NCBI GenBank assembly: GCA_963700925.1
Contig: OY969553.1
Coordinates: 1,612,459 to 1,676,458, forward strand
Direction: 5' to 3'
Length of the DNA stretch: 64,000 bases
DNA from: an uncultured Actinomycetota bacterium
Lineage (GTDB): Bacteria; Actinomycetota; Actinomycetes; Actinomycetales; CAWJMD01
Shown: positions 16,374 to 25,158 of the stretch, piece after piece
Layout of the letters: the number at the start of each line of letters is the position of its first letter
How positions within the stretch are numbered: position 1 is the first letter of the stretch
Notes under the pieces: generated by a model
The model's database searches: none
What the model was told of the DNA's origin: nothing
The model's input: the letters and a program-made list of their open reading frames with translations, nothing else
Program-made: the position numbers and the translations under genes

Positions 16374-17516
16374 ATGGACGAGATCAAGTTCGACAACGCA
16401 TCCAGCGGCACAACGCGCATCGAGACCGTCATCATCGGGGCCGGCCAGGCCGGCCTTGCGACCGGCTACCACCTTCAGCGTCGTGGCCGACCCTTCCTGA
16501 TCCTCGAGGGCAACGCCCGGGTTGGGGACGGGTGGCGCCAGCAGTGGGACACGCTTCGGCTCTACACCCCGGTGAAGTACGACGGTCTTCCTGGAATGCA
16601 GTTCCCAGGATCACCGTGGACGTTCCCGCTCAAGGACGAGGTCGCCGACTATCTCGAGGCATATGCCGGCCGGTTCGACCTTCCGGTGAGGACGGGCGCA
16701 CGCGTCGAGCGCGTGCTGGCCCGAGAGGGCGGGTACACCGTGCTCGCAGGCGGGCAGCGGATCGAGGCGGACAACGTCGTCGTGGCGACGGGCACGTTCG
16801 GGCGCACGCCGTCCCTACCGGACTTCGCGACCGACCTCGACCCGAGCATCCGGCAGATGCACTCGAGCGAGTACCGCCGGCCCGATCAGCTGCTGGGCGG
16901 TGCCGTGCTCGTCGTGGGGGCTTCGCACTCCGGCACCGATGTGGCCTACGAGGTCGCCACGTCCCACCCGACGATCCTGTGCGGGCCGGAGCGGGGCCAG
17001 ATCCCGATCCGCCTGGACAGCCCAGCGGTCCGTTTCGTGTTCCCGGTGATGGTCTTCATGGCTCGTCACGTGCTCACCCGCAGGACCCCGATCGGCCGTC
17101 GGCAGATGAACGAGGTCCGCTTCCACGGTGGCCCGATGCTCCGGGTGAAGCGTGAAGACCTGGCCGAGCGCGGGGTGGAACGACTGCAGAACCGAGTCGT
17201 CGGCGCGCGCGACGGACGGCCCGTCCTGGATGACGGGCGCGACCTCGATGTCGCGAATGTGGTCTGGTGTACGGGGTTCCGGCAGGAGTTCGACTGGCTC
17301 GACACACCCGTCATCGGCGAGGACGGCTGGCCGAAGGAGTACCGCGGCGTCGTCGACGACGCGCCGGGGCTCTTCTTCTGCGGACTGTCCTTCCAGTACG
17401 CCTTCAGCTCGATGGTGCTGCCTGGTGTCGGACGCGACGCGGCCTATCTGGCGGACAGGATCGCCGCCCGCGCCGGTGCGGCGTCGCGCGACCGTTCGAC
17501 GACCCACGCGGCCTGA
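16374..17516 (+). CDS. Flavin-containing monooxygenase-like NAD(P)/FAD oxidoreductase (CzcO-type)
   Basis: Track ORF 16341..17516. ATG 16374 has GGAGGA upstream. Motifs: dinucleotide fold IIGAGQAGL, VVVATG, second fold VVGASHSG, C-terminal VVWCTGF. Confidence 0.8.
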   Translation: MDEIKFDNASSGTTRIETVIIGAGQAGLATGYHLQRRGRPFLILEGNARVGDGWRQQWDTLRLYTPVKYDGLPGMQFPGSPWTFPLKDEVADYLEAYAGRFDLPVRTGARVERVLAREGGYTVLAGGQRIEADNVVVATGTFGRTPSLPDFATDLDPSIRQMHSSEYRRPDQLLGGAVLVVGASHSGTDVAYEVATSHPTILCGPERGQIPIRLDSPAVRFVFPVMVFMARHVLTRRTPIGRRQMNEVRFHGGPMLRVKREDLAERGVERLQNRVVGARDGRPVLDDGRDLDVANVVWCTGFRQEFDWLDTPVIGEDGWPKEYRGVVDDAPGLFFCGLSFQYAFSSMVLPGVGRDAAYLADRIAARAGAASRDRSTTHAA

Positions 17517-17554
17517 GTGGCCGGCGCGTATCCTCCCCACGGGAGTGATCCGCG

Positions 17555-19180
17555 ATGAGCGTTGTCGACCAGCTTGTCGAAGGTCGCGAGGCCTTCGAGC
17601 GGCGAGAGTGGGTGGCCGCGTACGACCGGCTGTCCGCTCTCGACCGCGAGCAGCTCAGTTCGGACGACATGCTGCGGCTCGCCATGGCCGCCCACCTGTC
17701 CGGCGACGACGACGCCTTCGTCCGCGCGCTGCAGCAGGCGTTCCAGGCCGCGCAGGACGCCGGCGAGCCGCTCGTGGCGGTGCGAATCGCGTTCTGGCTG
17801 GGCCTGGTCTTGATCACCGGGGGCGACTTCGCGGTGGGCGGAGGCTGGGTAGCCCGCGCCCAGCGACTGCTCGCGGACGAGCCGAACGACGTCGTGGAGC
17901 GCGGCTACCTGCTGGTCCACGAGATGTTCCAGCACATCGGCCAGGGCGACTTCCCCGGTGCGATGGAGATCGCTCCCCGCATCACCGAGTACGGACGGGT
18001 GTTCAAGGACGCGGACCTGCTCGCCCTTGGCCTGTGCAGCGAGGGCCGGCTGGTGCTCTACTCGGGCCGGGTGGCGGAAGCTCTCGCGCTGCTGGACGAG
18101 GCCATGGTCGAGGTCACGAACTCCGCGGTCACCCCGGTGACCGCGGGCACCGTGTACTGCTCGATGATCGAAGCCTGTCAGGAGATCTCCGACTTCGCCC
18201 GGGTCGCGCAGTGGACTGACGCGCTCACGCGATGGTGCGAGTCACAGCCCGACCTGGTTCCGTTCACGGGGCAGTGCGCGGTGCATCGAGGTCAGGTCAT
18301 GCGCGCGCACGGGGCCTTTCCCGCAGCGCTCGAAGAACTCGACCACGCGTACCGGCGCTACACCCAACGCGGCCAGCCACCTGCTGCCGGTCTGGCGCTC
18401 GCCGAACGCGGAGACATCCTTCGGATGATCGGGGACTACCGCGACGCCGATGCCGCGTACTCGCAGGCGAGCACCTACGGGCACGACCCCCAGCCCGGGC
18501 TCGCTCTGCTCTGGCTCGCACAGGGGCGTCAGGCGGCAGCCGTCGGAGCGGTTCGACGGCTCTTGCAGGAGACGGGCAACCCGGTCCACCGCTCACAAGT
18601 CCTTCCTGCCGCCGTTGACGTTCTGCTGGCTGATGGCGACGTCGACGCGGCGAGGTCAGCCATGCAGGAGATGGCCCACATCTCGGAGACCTTCGGCTGC
18701 ACCACCCTTCGGGCCCGCGCGGCTTACAGCGCAGGGTGCGTCCACCGTGCCGAAGGTGACCACGCCCTCGCACTCGCTGAACTACGGCGCTCTTGGCAGA
18801 TGTGGTCCGGGCTCGACTCACCGTACGAGGCCGGCCGGGCGCGACTCATGATCGGCCGCGTCCTGCGGGAACTGGGCGACGAGGACTCGGCGACTGCCGA
18901 GTTCACAGCTGCGCGGGCGACCTTCGCCCAGCTCGGCGCCCAGCCCTGCCTGCGCGAGGTGGAAGACCTGCTGCCGAGGAACCTGCCGGGCGGACTGACG
19001 GCACGCGAGGTAGAGGTGCTGCGGCTCGTCGCGGTCGGCAAGAGCAACCCAGCCATCGCGGCCGAGCTGGTGCTCAGCGAGAAGACCGTGGCGCGCCACC
19101 TGAGCAACATCTTCGGCAAGATCGACGTGTCGTCGCGAACCGCCGCCGCGGCATACGCCTTCGAGCACCGGCTGATCTGA
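17555..19180 (+). CDS. LuxR-family transcriptional regulator with large helical-repeat N-terminal domain
   Basis: 541 aa. C-terminal LuxR HTH LTAREVEVLRLVAVGKSNPAIAAELVLSEKTVARHLSNIFGKI. I saw no P-loop. Confidence 0.85.
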   Translation: MSVVDQLVEGREAFERREWVAAYDRLSALDREQLSSDDMLRLAMAAHLSGDDDAFVRALQQAFQAAQDAGEPLVAVRIAFWLGLVLITGGDFAVGGGWVARAQRLLADEPNDVVERGYLLVHEMFQHIGQGDFPGAMEIAPRITEYGRVFKDADLLALGLCSEGRLVLYSGRVAEALALLDEAMVEVTNSAVTPVTAGTVYCSMIEACQEISDFARVAQWTDALTRWCESQPDLVPFTGQCAVHRGQVMRAHGAFPAALEELDHAYRRYTQRGQPPAAGLALAERGDILRMIGDYRDADAAYSQASTYGHDPQPGLALLWLAQGRQAAAVGAVRRLLQETGNPVHRSQVLPAAVDVLLADGDVDAARSAMQEMAHISETFGCTTLRARAAYSAGCVHRAEGDHALALAELRRSWQMWSGLDSPYEAGRARLMIGRVLRELGDEDSATAEFTAARATFAQLGAQPCLREVEDLLPRNLPGGLTAREVEVLRLVAVGKSNPAIAAELVLSEKTVARHLSNIFGKIDVSSRTAAAAYAFEHRLI

Positions 19181-19312
19181 AGCCATGCGCGAAAGCACCC
19201 ACGGGCGGCGGTCGCGGGATGGGCGGCTCGCCCGATGAGACGGGGCCTCTGGTCTTCCTAGCGTTGGGATGTGGGGTCACGGCGACCTCGTCCCGACTCG
19301 CAGGAGGAGACC

Positions 19313-19993
19313 ATGAGCGCATCGAGCATCACCAGGCACGCGTCCCTGCCAACTGACCGGGCACCGCGCATGGTCCGCATCTCGGCGATCGCGGGCATCG
19401 CAGGCCCGGTCCTGTTCACGCTGACCTTCCTTGTGCAGGAAGCATTCCGGCGCGCGGAGTTCGACCCGATCGCCGAACCGGTGAGCGCGCTCGAGGCCGG
19501 CCCGAACGGCTGGGTCCAGCAGGTCAACTTCGTCGTGTGCGGGCTGCTGCTGCTGACGTTCGCCGTCGGGCTCCACCGTGGCCTCGCACCCACCCGGATG
19601 GGGGCTCTGGGCCCAGCCATCCTCGGCGTGGCGTCGACCGGCATGCTGCTCGCCGCTGCGTTCCCGCTGCGCGAGGACGCCGCCGGCGTGACGTACGACC
19701 CGGGCGGCCACTTCGTCAGCGGCGTGACGTTCTTCTTCGGGTCGTCCATCGCCCTGCTCGTGCTGTCGCGTCGCCTCGCGCACGACCCGCGGATGCGCGG
19801 AGTGTCCACCTACACAGCGGTGTGTGGCGTCCTCGCTCTGGTCGGCGTGGTCGTGTTCGTCCGCCTGGTGCTGCCCGACGGTGCACCCCTGCACGACCAC
19901 GCGGGGCTGGCCCAGCGAATGATCATCCTGCTCGTGACGTTCCCCTGCCTGGTCACGATGGCGGTTCGACTGCGGCGCGTCACTCAGTCATGA
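19313..19993 (+). CDS. DUF998-like integral membrane protein
   Basis: Track ORF 19271..19993. ATG 19313 preceded by GGAGGAG. Multiple TM segments, and EPVSALEAGPNGWVQQVNF resembles the DUF998 signature. Confidence 0.6.
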   Translation: MSASSITRHASLPTDRAPRMVRISAIAGIAGPVLFTLTFLVQEAFRRAEFDPIAEPVSALEAGPNGWVQQVNFVVCGLLLLTFAVGLHRGLAPTRMGALGPAILGVASTGMLLAAAFPLREDAAGVTYDPGGHFVSGVTFFFGSSIALLVLSRRLAHDPRMRGVSTYTAVCGVLALVGVVVFVRLVLPDGAPLHDHAGLAQRMIILLVTFPCLVTMAVRLRRVTQS

Positions 19994-20448
19994 CCGACGT
20001 GGGCACGTCGCGGCCTGGGTAGGTAGCGGGGGACGCGCCTCGCGTAGTCCGTTGCCTCGGTGCCGAACTCGGCCGCGAGCTGCTGCTCTTCACGCAGCAC
20101 GGCCCGGTGAACGAGACCGAACGCCGCAGGCCAGGTCGCGATCACCCACGGAGAACGAAGGCCGAGCCCGACACCGAGGTGGACCAGGCTCCAGCCGACG
20201 TACATCGGGTTGCGGGAGTGCGCGTACGAGCCAGTGGTCACGAGGGCATCCGGGTGCTCGATGTCGCCGGAACCTCGCGCCACGACCGCCCAGCCGTTCA
20301 GTGCCACTCCCGCTGCCAGCAAGGGCCAGCCGAGACGCGAGACCCTTGCTGGTAGATGGCTACTGGTGCGGGACTGCAGCACGAGTCCGGCCAGCATGGC
20401 GACCACGTGCTCTGCCGGAAAGGGAAGGCGGGCCCACAACGCCGACAT
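19984..20448 (-). CDS. Isoprenylcysteine carboxyl / phospholipid methyltransferase-family membrane protein
   Basis: 154 aa, with a hydrophobic N-terminus. The motif TGSYAHSRNPMYVG is characteristic of the ICMT/PEMT family. Lies 51 nt downstream of the PLP enzyme gene on the same strand. Confidence 0.75.
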   Translation of the reverse strand: MSALWARLPFPAEHVVAMLAGLVLQSRTSSHLPARVSRLGWPLLAAGVALNGWAVVARGSGDIEHPDALVTTGSYAHSRNPMYVGWSLVHLGVGLGLRSPWVIATWPAAFGLVHRAVLREEQQLAAEFGTEATDYARRVPRYLPRPRRAHVGHD

Positions 20449-20499
20449 GATCAGACGGTAGCGACCCCGCCCGTGCGGCGACGGGTCAGCCTGCGGAGG

Positions 20500-21879
20500 T
20501 CAGCGCTCCTCACACGGTGAGCCGACGACCCGGCCCGCCGGCAGGTCCAGCCATGCCGGCAGCTCGCGCCGATCGTCAACGGGCGCGAACCGGCCATCGA
20601 CGCGGTGGTACCGCAGCGCCGGTCCCTGCTCGACGATCGAACGGATCGCTGCGACCAGCCGGTCGACGTCTTCGCTCGATGACCCGACGCCGAGACTGGC
20701 GCGCACCGCCCCGTCCTCGAGCCCGATGCGGCGCAGCAGCGGGTGCGCGCAGAACTTGCCGTCGCGCACCCCGATGCCGTGCTCGGCGGAGAGGACGGCG
20801 GCTACGAGGCCGGCGTCGAGATCGGCGACGGTGAAGGGGACGACCCCGATCGTCGAACGGCTCTCGACCCAGATGCTGTGCACGCGAACGCCGTCCACCG
20901 TTTTCAAGCCCTCGACGAGACGCTCGCGCAGTGCCGACTCGTGCACCTCGAGAGCACCGTCGGGCAGTGCCTCGATGGCGTCGCACGCCGCCGCGAGCGC
21001 GACCGCGCCGAGCACGTTCGGTGTGCCGGCCTCGTGGCGTGCGGGAGCAGGGGCCCAGACCACGTCGTCGAGGTCGACAGACTGCACAGCCCCGCCGCCC
21101 GCCAGATAGGGCTCCGCCGCGTCGAGCCAGTCGCGGCGACCGACGAGCGCACCCGAGCCGAAGGGTGCGTAGAGCTTGTGGCCCGACAGGGCGAGGTAGT
21201 CGATGTCACTGCCGGACAACGAGATCCGACGGTGAGGTGCGAGCTGAGCGGCATCGACTGCGATGCGCGCCCCGTAGCGGTGCGCCAGCTCGGCGAGCTC
21301 GGCGACGGGCAGCTCCTCCCCCGTGACGTTGGAGGCGCCCGTGACCGCGACCAGTGCGGCGGGTGCCTCCGCGAGCGCGGCCTCGACGGCCGCCAGGGTG
21401 CGCTCGACGGTGCTCGACACCCCGACGACGCGGTGGGCGCCCGCCGTCCACGGAAGGAGGTTGGCGTGGTGCTCGATCTCCAGCACCACCACGTCGCCGG
21501 CCCCTTCAGGCACCGCGCGGGCGAGCAGGTTCAGGGCGTCAGTCGTGTTGCGGACGAGAACCAGCACGTCGTCGTCACGGGCTCCGACGAAGCGCGCCAC
21601 CCGCGCGCGGGCGCCCTCGTAGAGGCGCGAGCTGACCTGGGACGCCCATCCGGCGCCTCGGTGCACCGAGGAGTAGAACGGCAGCGCCTGCTCGACACGG
21701 TCGGCGACCACGCGCAGGGCCGGCGCGCTGGCTGCGTAGTCGAGGTTGGCGTACTTGGCGGTCCCCCCGGTCGCCAGCGGCACGCGGAGGTCTCCTCCCA
21801 CCACCTCAGCGAGGGGTGGAACCGGCGCGCCAGAGGAGGCAGTCGAAGGAGTGCGGTGGAGTTCGGTAGCCGTGCTCAT
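20500..21879 (-). CDS. Aminotransferase class V-fold PLP-dependent enzyme (cysteine desulfurase/lyase-like)
   Basis: Track ORF 20500..21921; ATG 21879 (MSTATELH) with GAGGAC upstream. PLP-lysine context LALSGHKLYAPFGSGALVG, plus HHANLLPW and HEAGTPNVLG. Confidence 0.85.
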   Translation of the reverse strand: MSTATELHRTPSTASSGAPVPPLAEVVGGDLRVPLATGGTAKYANLDYAASAPALRVVADRVEQALPFYSSVHRGAGWASQVSSRLYEGARARVARFVGARDDDVLVLVRNTTDALNLLARAVPEGAGDVVVLEIEHHANLLPWTAGAHRVVGVSSTVERTLAAVEAALAEAPAALVAVTGASNVTGEELPVAELAELAHRYGARIAVDAAQLAPHRRISLSGSDIDYLALSGHKLYAPFGSGALVGRRDWLDAAEPYLAGGGAVQSVDLDDVVWAPAPARHEAGTPNVLGAVALAAACDAIEALPDGALEVHESALRERLVEGLKTVDGVRVHSIWVESRSTIGVVPFTVADLDAGLVAAVLSAEHGIGVRDGKFCAHPLLRRIGLEDGAVRASLGVGSSSEDVDRLVAAIRSIVEQGPALRYHRVDGRFAPVDDRRELPAWLDLPAGRVVGSPCEER

Positions 21880-21909
21880 CGTGGAAGTCCTCGTGGTCCG
21901 GGACCCCCT

Positions 21910-22024
21910 CGGGGTCCGCACTTGCCACGCCCCTACGGCGCGACCAGGTCGTCACCCGGGGCACCCCACCGCGGAGGAGGGTTGCCGGCCAGCGAGCCGG
22001 GGCTTGACGCTGGCGCTCATGACC
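21910..22024 (-). promoter_or_regulatory. SAM-IV riboswitch (5' leader of the PLP-enzyme / methyltransferase operon)
   Basis: The reverse-strand RNA is GGUCAUGAGCGCCAGCGUCAAGCCCCGGCUCGCUGGCCGGCAACCCUCCUCCGCGGUGGGGUGCCCCGGGUGACGACCUGGUC..GGCAAGUGCGGACC. It matches, nearly base for base, the actinobacterial SAM-IV consensus as I remember it. It ends about 30 nt before ATG 21879 and is followed by the hairpin GGACCCC-GAG-GGGGUCC next to the SD. The 3' boundary is approximate. Confidence 0.8.
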
Positions 22025-22102
22025 TGGTTCCAGGGTACGGACGCGTGCGTCGAAGTCCACCGGCTGAACGACATGTCTCACCGACCGGGACGGCAGCCGG
22101 AA

Positions 22103-22723
22103 CTAATCGGTGCGAAGCAGCCACCGCGACAGCGCGGCCAGGTCGCTGATGCGCTGGTCGCCGTCCAGTCCCTTCAGTGCCGCAGTCCTCGCACCCGCGG
22201 CGCGTCCCGCCTGGAGTCCGACCTCGGCGTCCTCGACGACGAGGCAGTGCGCCGGCGGCACGTCCAGCAGCTCAGCGGCACGCAGGTAGCCCTCCGGATC
22301 CGGCTTGCCTGCGCGGACGTCTTCGAACGTGACGAGGACGGGAGGGTCGATCGAGACGGCACCGAGCCGCGCCTTCGCCAGACGCATGTCGGCGCTGGTC
22401 ACGACCGCCCACGGCAGCCGCAGCCGGGAGAGGGTCTCCAGCAGCTCGTGCGCGCCGCGGGTCGGCACGACATCGGACAGGTCGTCGTACTGCAGCGTCA
22501 GCTGCCTGGCGGCCGACGCATCGACGGCCTCGGCGTCCAGCATCGGCAGCAGCCGGCGAACGGTGCTGTGTGCCGGACTGCCGTGGGCGATCGCCAGGGC
22601 GGCTTCGGCATCGACCTGGTACTCGTCCGCCCACGACCGCCAGGCCCGCTCCACAGCCGCGTCGGAGTCGACCAGCGTGCCGTCCATGTCGAGCAGTACG
22701 GCGTCGATCTTCCACCCGTCCAC
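22103..22723 (-). CDS. HAD-superfamily hydrolase (phosphatase/beta-phosphoglucomutase-like)
   Basis: Track ORF 22103..22855; GTG 22723 is preceded by GGAGG. Motifs DAVLLDMDGTLVDSD (HAD motif I), VVTSA, GKPDPEGY and VVEDAEVG. Confidence 0.85.
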   Translation of the reverse strand: MDGWKIDAVLLDMDGTLVDSDAAVERAWRSWADEYQVDAEAALAIAHGSPAHSTVRRLLPMLDAEAVDASAARQLTLQYDDLSDVVPTRGAHELLETLSRLRLPWAVVTSADMRLAKARLGAVSIDPPVLVTFEDVRAGKPDPEGYLRAAELLDVPPAHCLVVEDAEVGLQAGRAAGARTAALKGLDGDQRISDLAALSRWLLRTD

Positions 22724-22774
22724 CGAACCTCCTATTATCCTCGTGGAACGAGGATAAGGCGGTGACCCCCTCCG

Positions 22775-23956
22775 ATGGCAAGGCCCCTGACCGAGCGGTC
22801 CGGAACCGCGCGTTGGCATACGGCTGCGCGGGTGCTGAATCAGGTGCGCCGGCATCCCCAGATCACTCGCGCGTCGATGGCGCAGTCGCTGCAGCTGACG
22901 AGTGGGCAGGCGACGGAGGTCACTGCCCGGCTGCGTTCGCTACGTCTGCTGACCGAGACGCCGGCTCCACCATATGGACGCGGACGTCCCACCACTGTCC
23001 TCCAGCCGCACCCGAAAGGGCCTCTCGTTCTGGCGGTCGACCTCAGGCAGGAGGACTGGAGGTCAGCATTGGTGACTATCGACGGGCGGATGCACGACCT
23101 TCGGGAACGCCGACACCGAAGTCGCGAGCCCCGAACGGTTCTCGGCGCCATTCGCCGGGGTGTCACTCGGGCCGCGAGCCGGTACCCGGGCCGGATTCGA
23201 GCCGTGTCCCTCGCGGCGGCCGGCACCGTCCACGACGGCCGTCTCGTGCAGGCCGCCACACTCGACTGGGGCCCAGTCGATCTCACCGTCGTGACCAAGG
23301 GCTCAGGCGTGCGACTGCTGCTCGGCAACGACGCGACGCTCGCAGGGGTGGCCGAGGCGCGAACTGGCGCGGCGTCCGCAGCAACCACCGCGCTGCACCT
23401 GCTGGTCGCTGTCGGGGTCGGCGGCACGGTGACCATCGACGGGCTGCCCCTCACCGGCGCGCACGGCGCCGGCGGCGAGTACGGGCACCTCCCGTTCGGA
23501 GACCCGAGCGTCAGGTGCCCCTGTGGCGCCTACGGCTGTTGGGATCTCGACGTGGACGGCCGCGCGCTGGCACGCCATCTCGACGCCCCGCGTCCCGACG
23601 ACCCGCGCACCTTCGCCCGCCAGGTGCTCGCCCGCTGCGCCGACGACCCGCGCGCCGCTCAGGCCGTGTCCACCGTCGCGTCCGCGCTGGGTCGGGGGGT
23701 CGCCGGCCTGGTCAACGCGCACGACCCCGACGTCGTGACCTTGGGCGGGCTCGCCGTCCCTCTGAGAAGTGAGGCCGCGACGTCCTTCGACACGGCATAC
23801 ACCCACGGGCTGATGGCTTTTCACCGCACCGAGCCGCCACCTGTCGTTGACGCGGCCCACGGCGACGACGGGCCTCTGCAGGGCGCCGCCATCCTCGGCT
23901 TGGACGACGTCACCACCGAGGTCGCCATCGCCGCGTGGGCCGCTGACCTGTCATAG
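22775..23956 (+). CDS. ROK-family transcriptional regulator
   Basis: 393 aa. N-terminal wHTH-like region, GNDATLAGVAE, and ROK zinc motif GHLP..CPCGAYGCWD. Confidence 0.85.
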   Translation: MARPLTERSGTARWHTAARVLNQVRRHPQITRASMAQSLQLTSGQATEVTARLRSLRLLTETPAPPYGRGRPTTVLQPHPKGPLVLAVDLRQEDWRSALVTIDGRMHDLRERRHRSREPRTVLGAIRRGVTRAASRYPGRIRAVSLAAAGTVHDGRLVQAATLDWGPVDLTVVTKGSGVRLLLGNDATLAGVAEARTGAASAATTALHLLVAVGVGGTVTIDGLPLTGAHGAGGEYGHLPFGDPSVRCPCGAYGCWDLDVDGRALARHLDAPRPDDPRTFARQVLARCADDPRAAQAVSTVASALGRGVAGLVNAHDPDVVTLGGLAVPLRSEAATSFDTAYTHGLMAFHRTEPPPVVDAAHGDDGPLQGAAILGLDDVTTEVAIAAWAADLS

Positions 23957-24016
23957 GCGACGCGTGACGCCCGAGGTCGGGTGGCGGCAGTCGTCACCCG
24001 GGCGCACCATCGGCCC

Positions 24017-25069
24017 ATGCCCCGACTGCGCCGCACCTCGCCCAGCCAGCCCGGCTGGTCACGCCGTCGCCAGGGCAAGGGCTTCGTCTACCTGAGCTCA
24101 GACGGTGACCGCCTGAACGACGCGGAGATCGCGCGCTGCCGAGCGCTGGTGATCCCGCCGGCGTGGGAGCAGGTCTGGATCTGCCCGTGGCCGAACGGCC
24201 ACCTGCAGGCCGTCGGCACCGACGACGCCGGACGGCGGCAGTACCTGTACCACCCCGAGTGGAGGGTGCAGCGCGACAAGGCCAAGCACGACCGGGTGCT
24301 CACGGTGGCGGCGCGACTGCCGCGGGCACGCAAGCAGGTGGCCGAGCACCTCGGCCTGGACGGGATGCCGCGCGAGAAGACGCTCGCCACGGCGTTCCGG
24401 CTGCTCGACCTGGGCTTCTTCCGCATCGGTGGCGAGTCGTACGCCGAGCAGTACGGCAGCTACGGGCTGGCGACGATCGGCAAGGAGCACGTCCGCCTCG
24501 AAGGCGATGACGTGGTCTTCGAGTACACCGCCAAGTCGGGCCAGGAGCGCTACGTGGCGCTCGCCGACGAGGACGTCCTGGCGGCCGTGAGCACGCTCAA
24601 GCGCCGGCGCGGAGGAGGCGACCGCCTGCTCGCTTACCGCAACGGCACCAGGTGGCGTGCCGTCGACAGCGACGACATCAACGAGTACGTGAAGGAGGTC
24701 GTCGGCGGAGAGGTGTCCGCGAAGGACTTCCGCACGTGGCACGGGACCGTCCTCGCCGCCGTCGCCCTCGCAGTGTCCACCGAGAGCGCTACGTCGAAAA
24801 CCGCTCGCCGCCGGGCGATCTCGAGGGCGATGACGGAGGTCTCGGAGTACCTCGGCAACACCCCGGCGGTGTGCCGGTCGAGCTACGTCGACCCGCGGGT
24901 GGTCGACCTGTTCGAGGACGGCACCACCGTCGCCCACGCCTTGCGCCGTCTCGGTGAGGACACCGCGGTCGGGCAGCCCGCGACGCACGGACCCATGGAG
25001 CGCGCGGTGCTCGCGATGCTGCGGCGACCCCCGAAGGCTGCCGAGCGCGCCGCACGCCGCAAGACCTGA
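24017..25069 (+). CDS. DNA topoisomerase IB (bacterial, poxvirus-like)
   Basis: Track ORF 23981..25069; ATG 24017 (MPRLRRTSP). Motifs IPPAWEQVWICP, GTDDAGRRQYLYHP, SAKDFRTWHGT, and the catalytic-Tyr context YLGNTPAVCRSSYVDP. Confidence 0.85.
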   Translation: MPRLRRTSPSQPGWSRRRQGKGFVYLSSDGDRLNDAEIARCRALVIPPAWEQVWICPWPNGHLQAVGTDDAGRRQYLYHPEWRVQRDKAKHDRVLTVAARLPRARKQVAEHLGLDGMPREKTLATAFRLLDLGFFRIGGESYAEQYGSYGLATIGKEHVRLEGDDVVFEYTAKSGQERYVALADEDVLAAVSTLKRRRGGGDRLLAYRNGTRWRAVDSDDINEYVKEVVGGEVSAKDFRTWHGTVLAAVALAVSTESATSKTARRRAISRAMTEVSEYLGNTPAVCRSSYVDPRVVDLFEDGTTVAHALRRLGEDTAVGQPATHGPMERAVLAMLRRPPKAAERAARRKT

Positions 25070-25082
25070 CCCCTCTACCGCA

Positions 25083-25138
25083 ATTCGCCGCCTTCTCGTG
25101 GTGCGGACGCACCCGCGAACCACGAGAAGACGGCGAAT
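25083..25138. terminator. Strong hairpin between convergent genes (probable bidirectional intrinsic terminator, no U-tract)
   Basis: ATTCGCCGCCTTCTCGTGGT (25083-25102) pairs with ACCACGAGAAGACGGCGAAT (25119-25138), 19 of 20 bp, with a 16-nt loop. Lies between the topoisomerase stop (25069) and the ABC permease stop (25159). Confidence 0.6.
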
Positions 25139-25158
25139 GGGGAGGACTGCCGAGCCGG

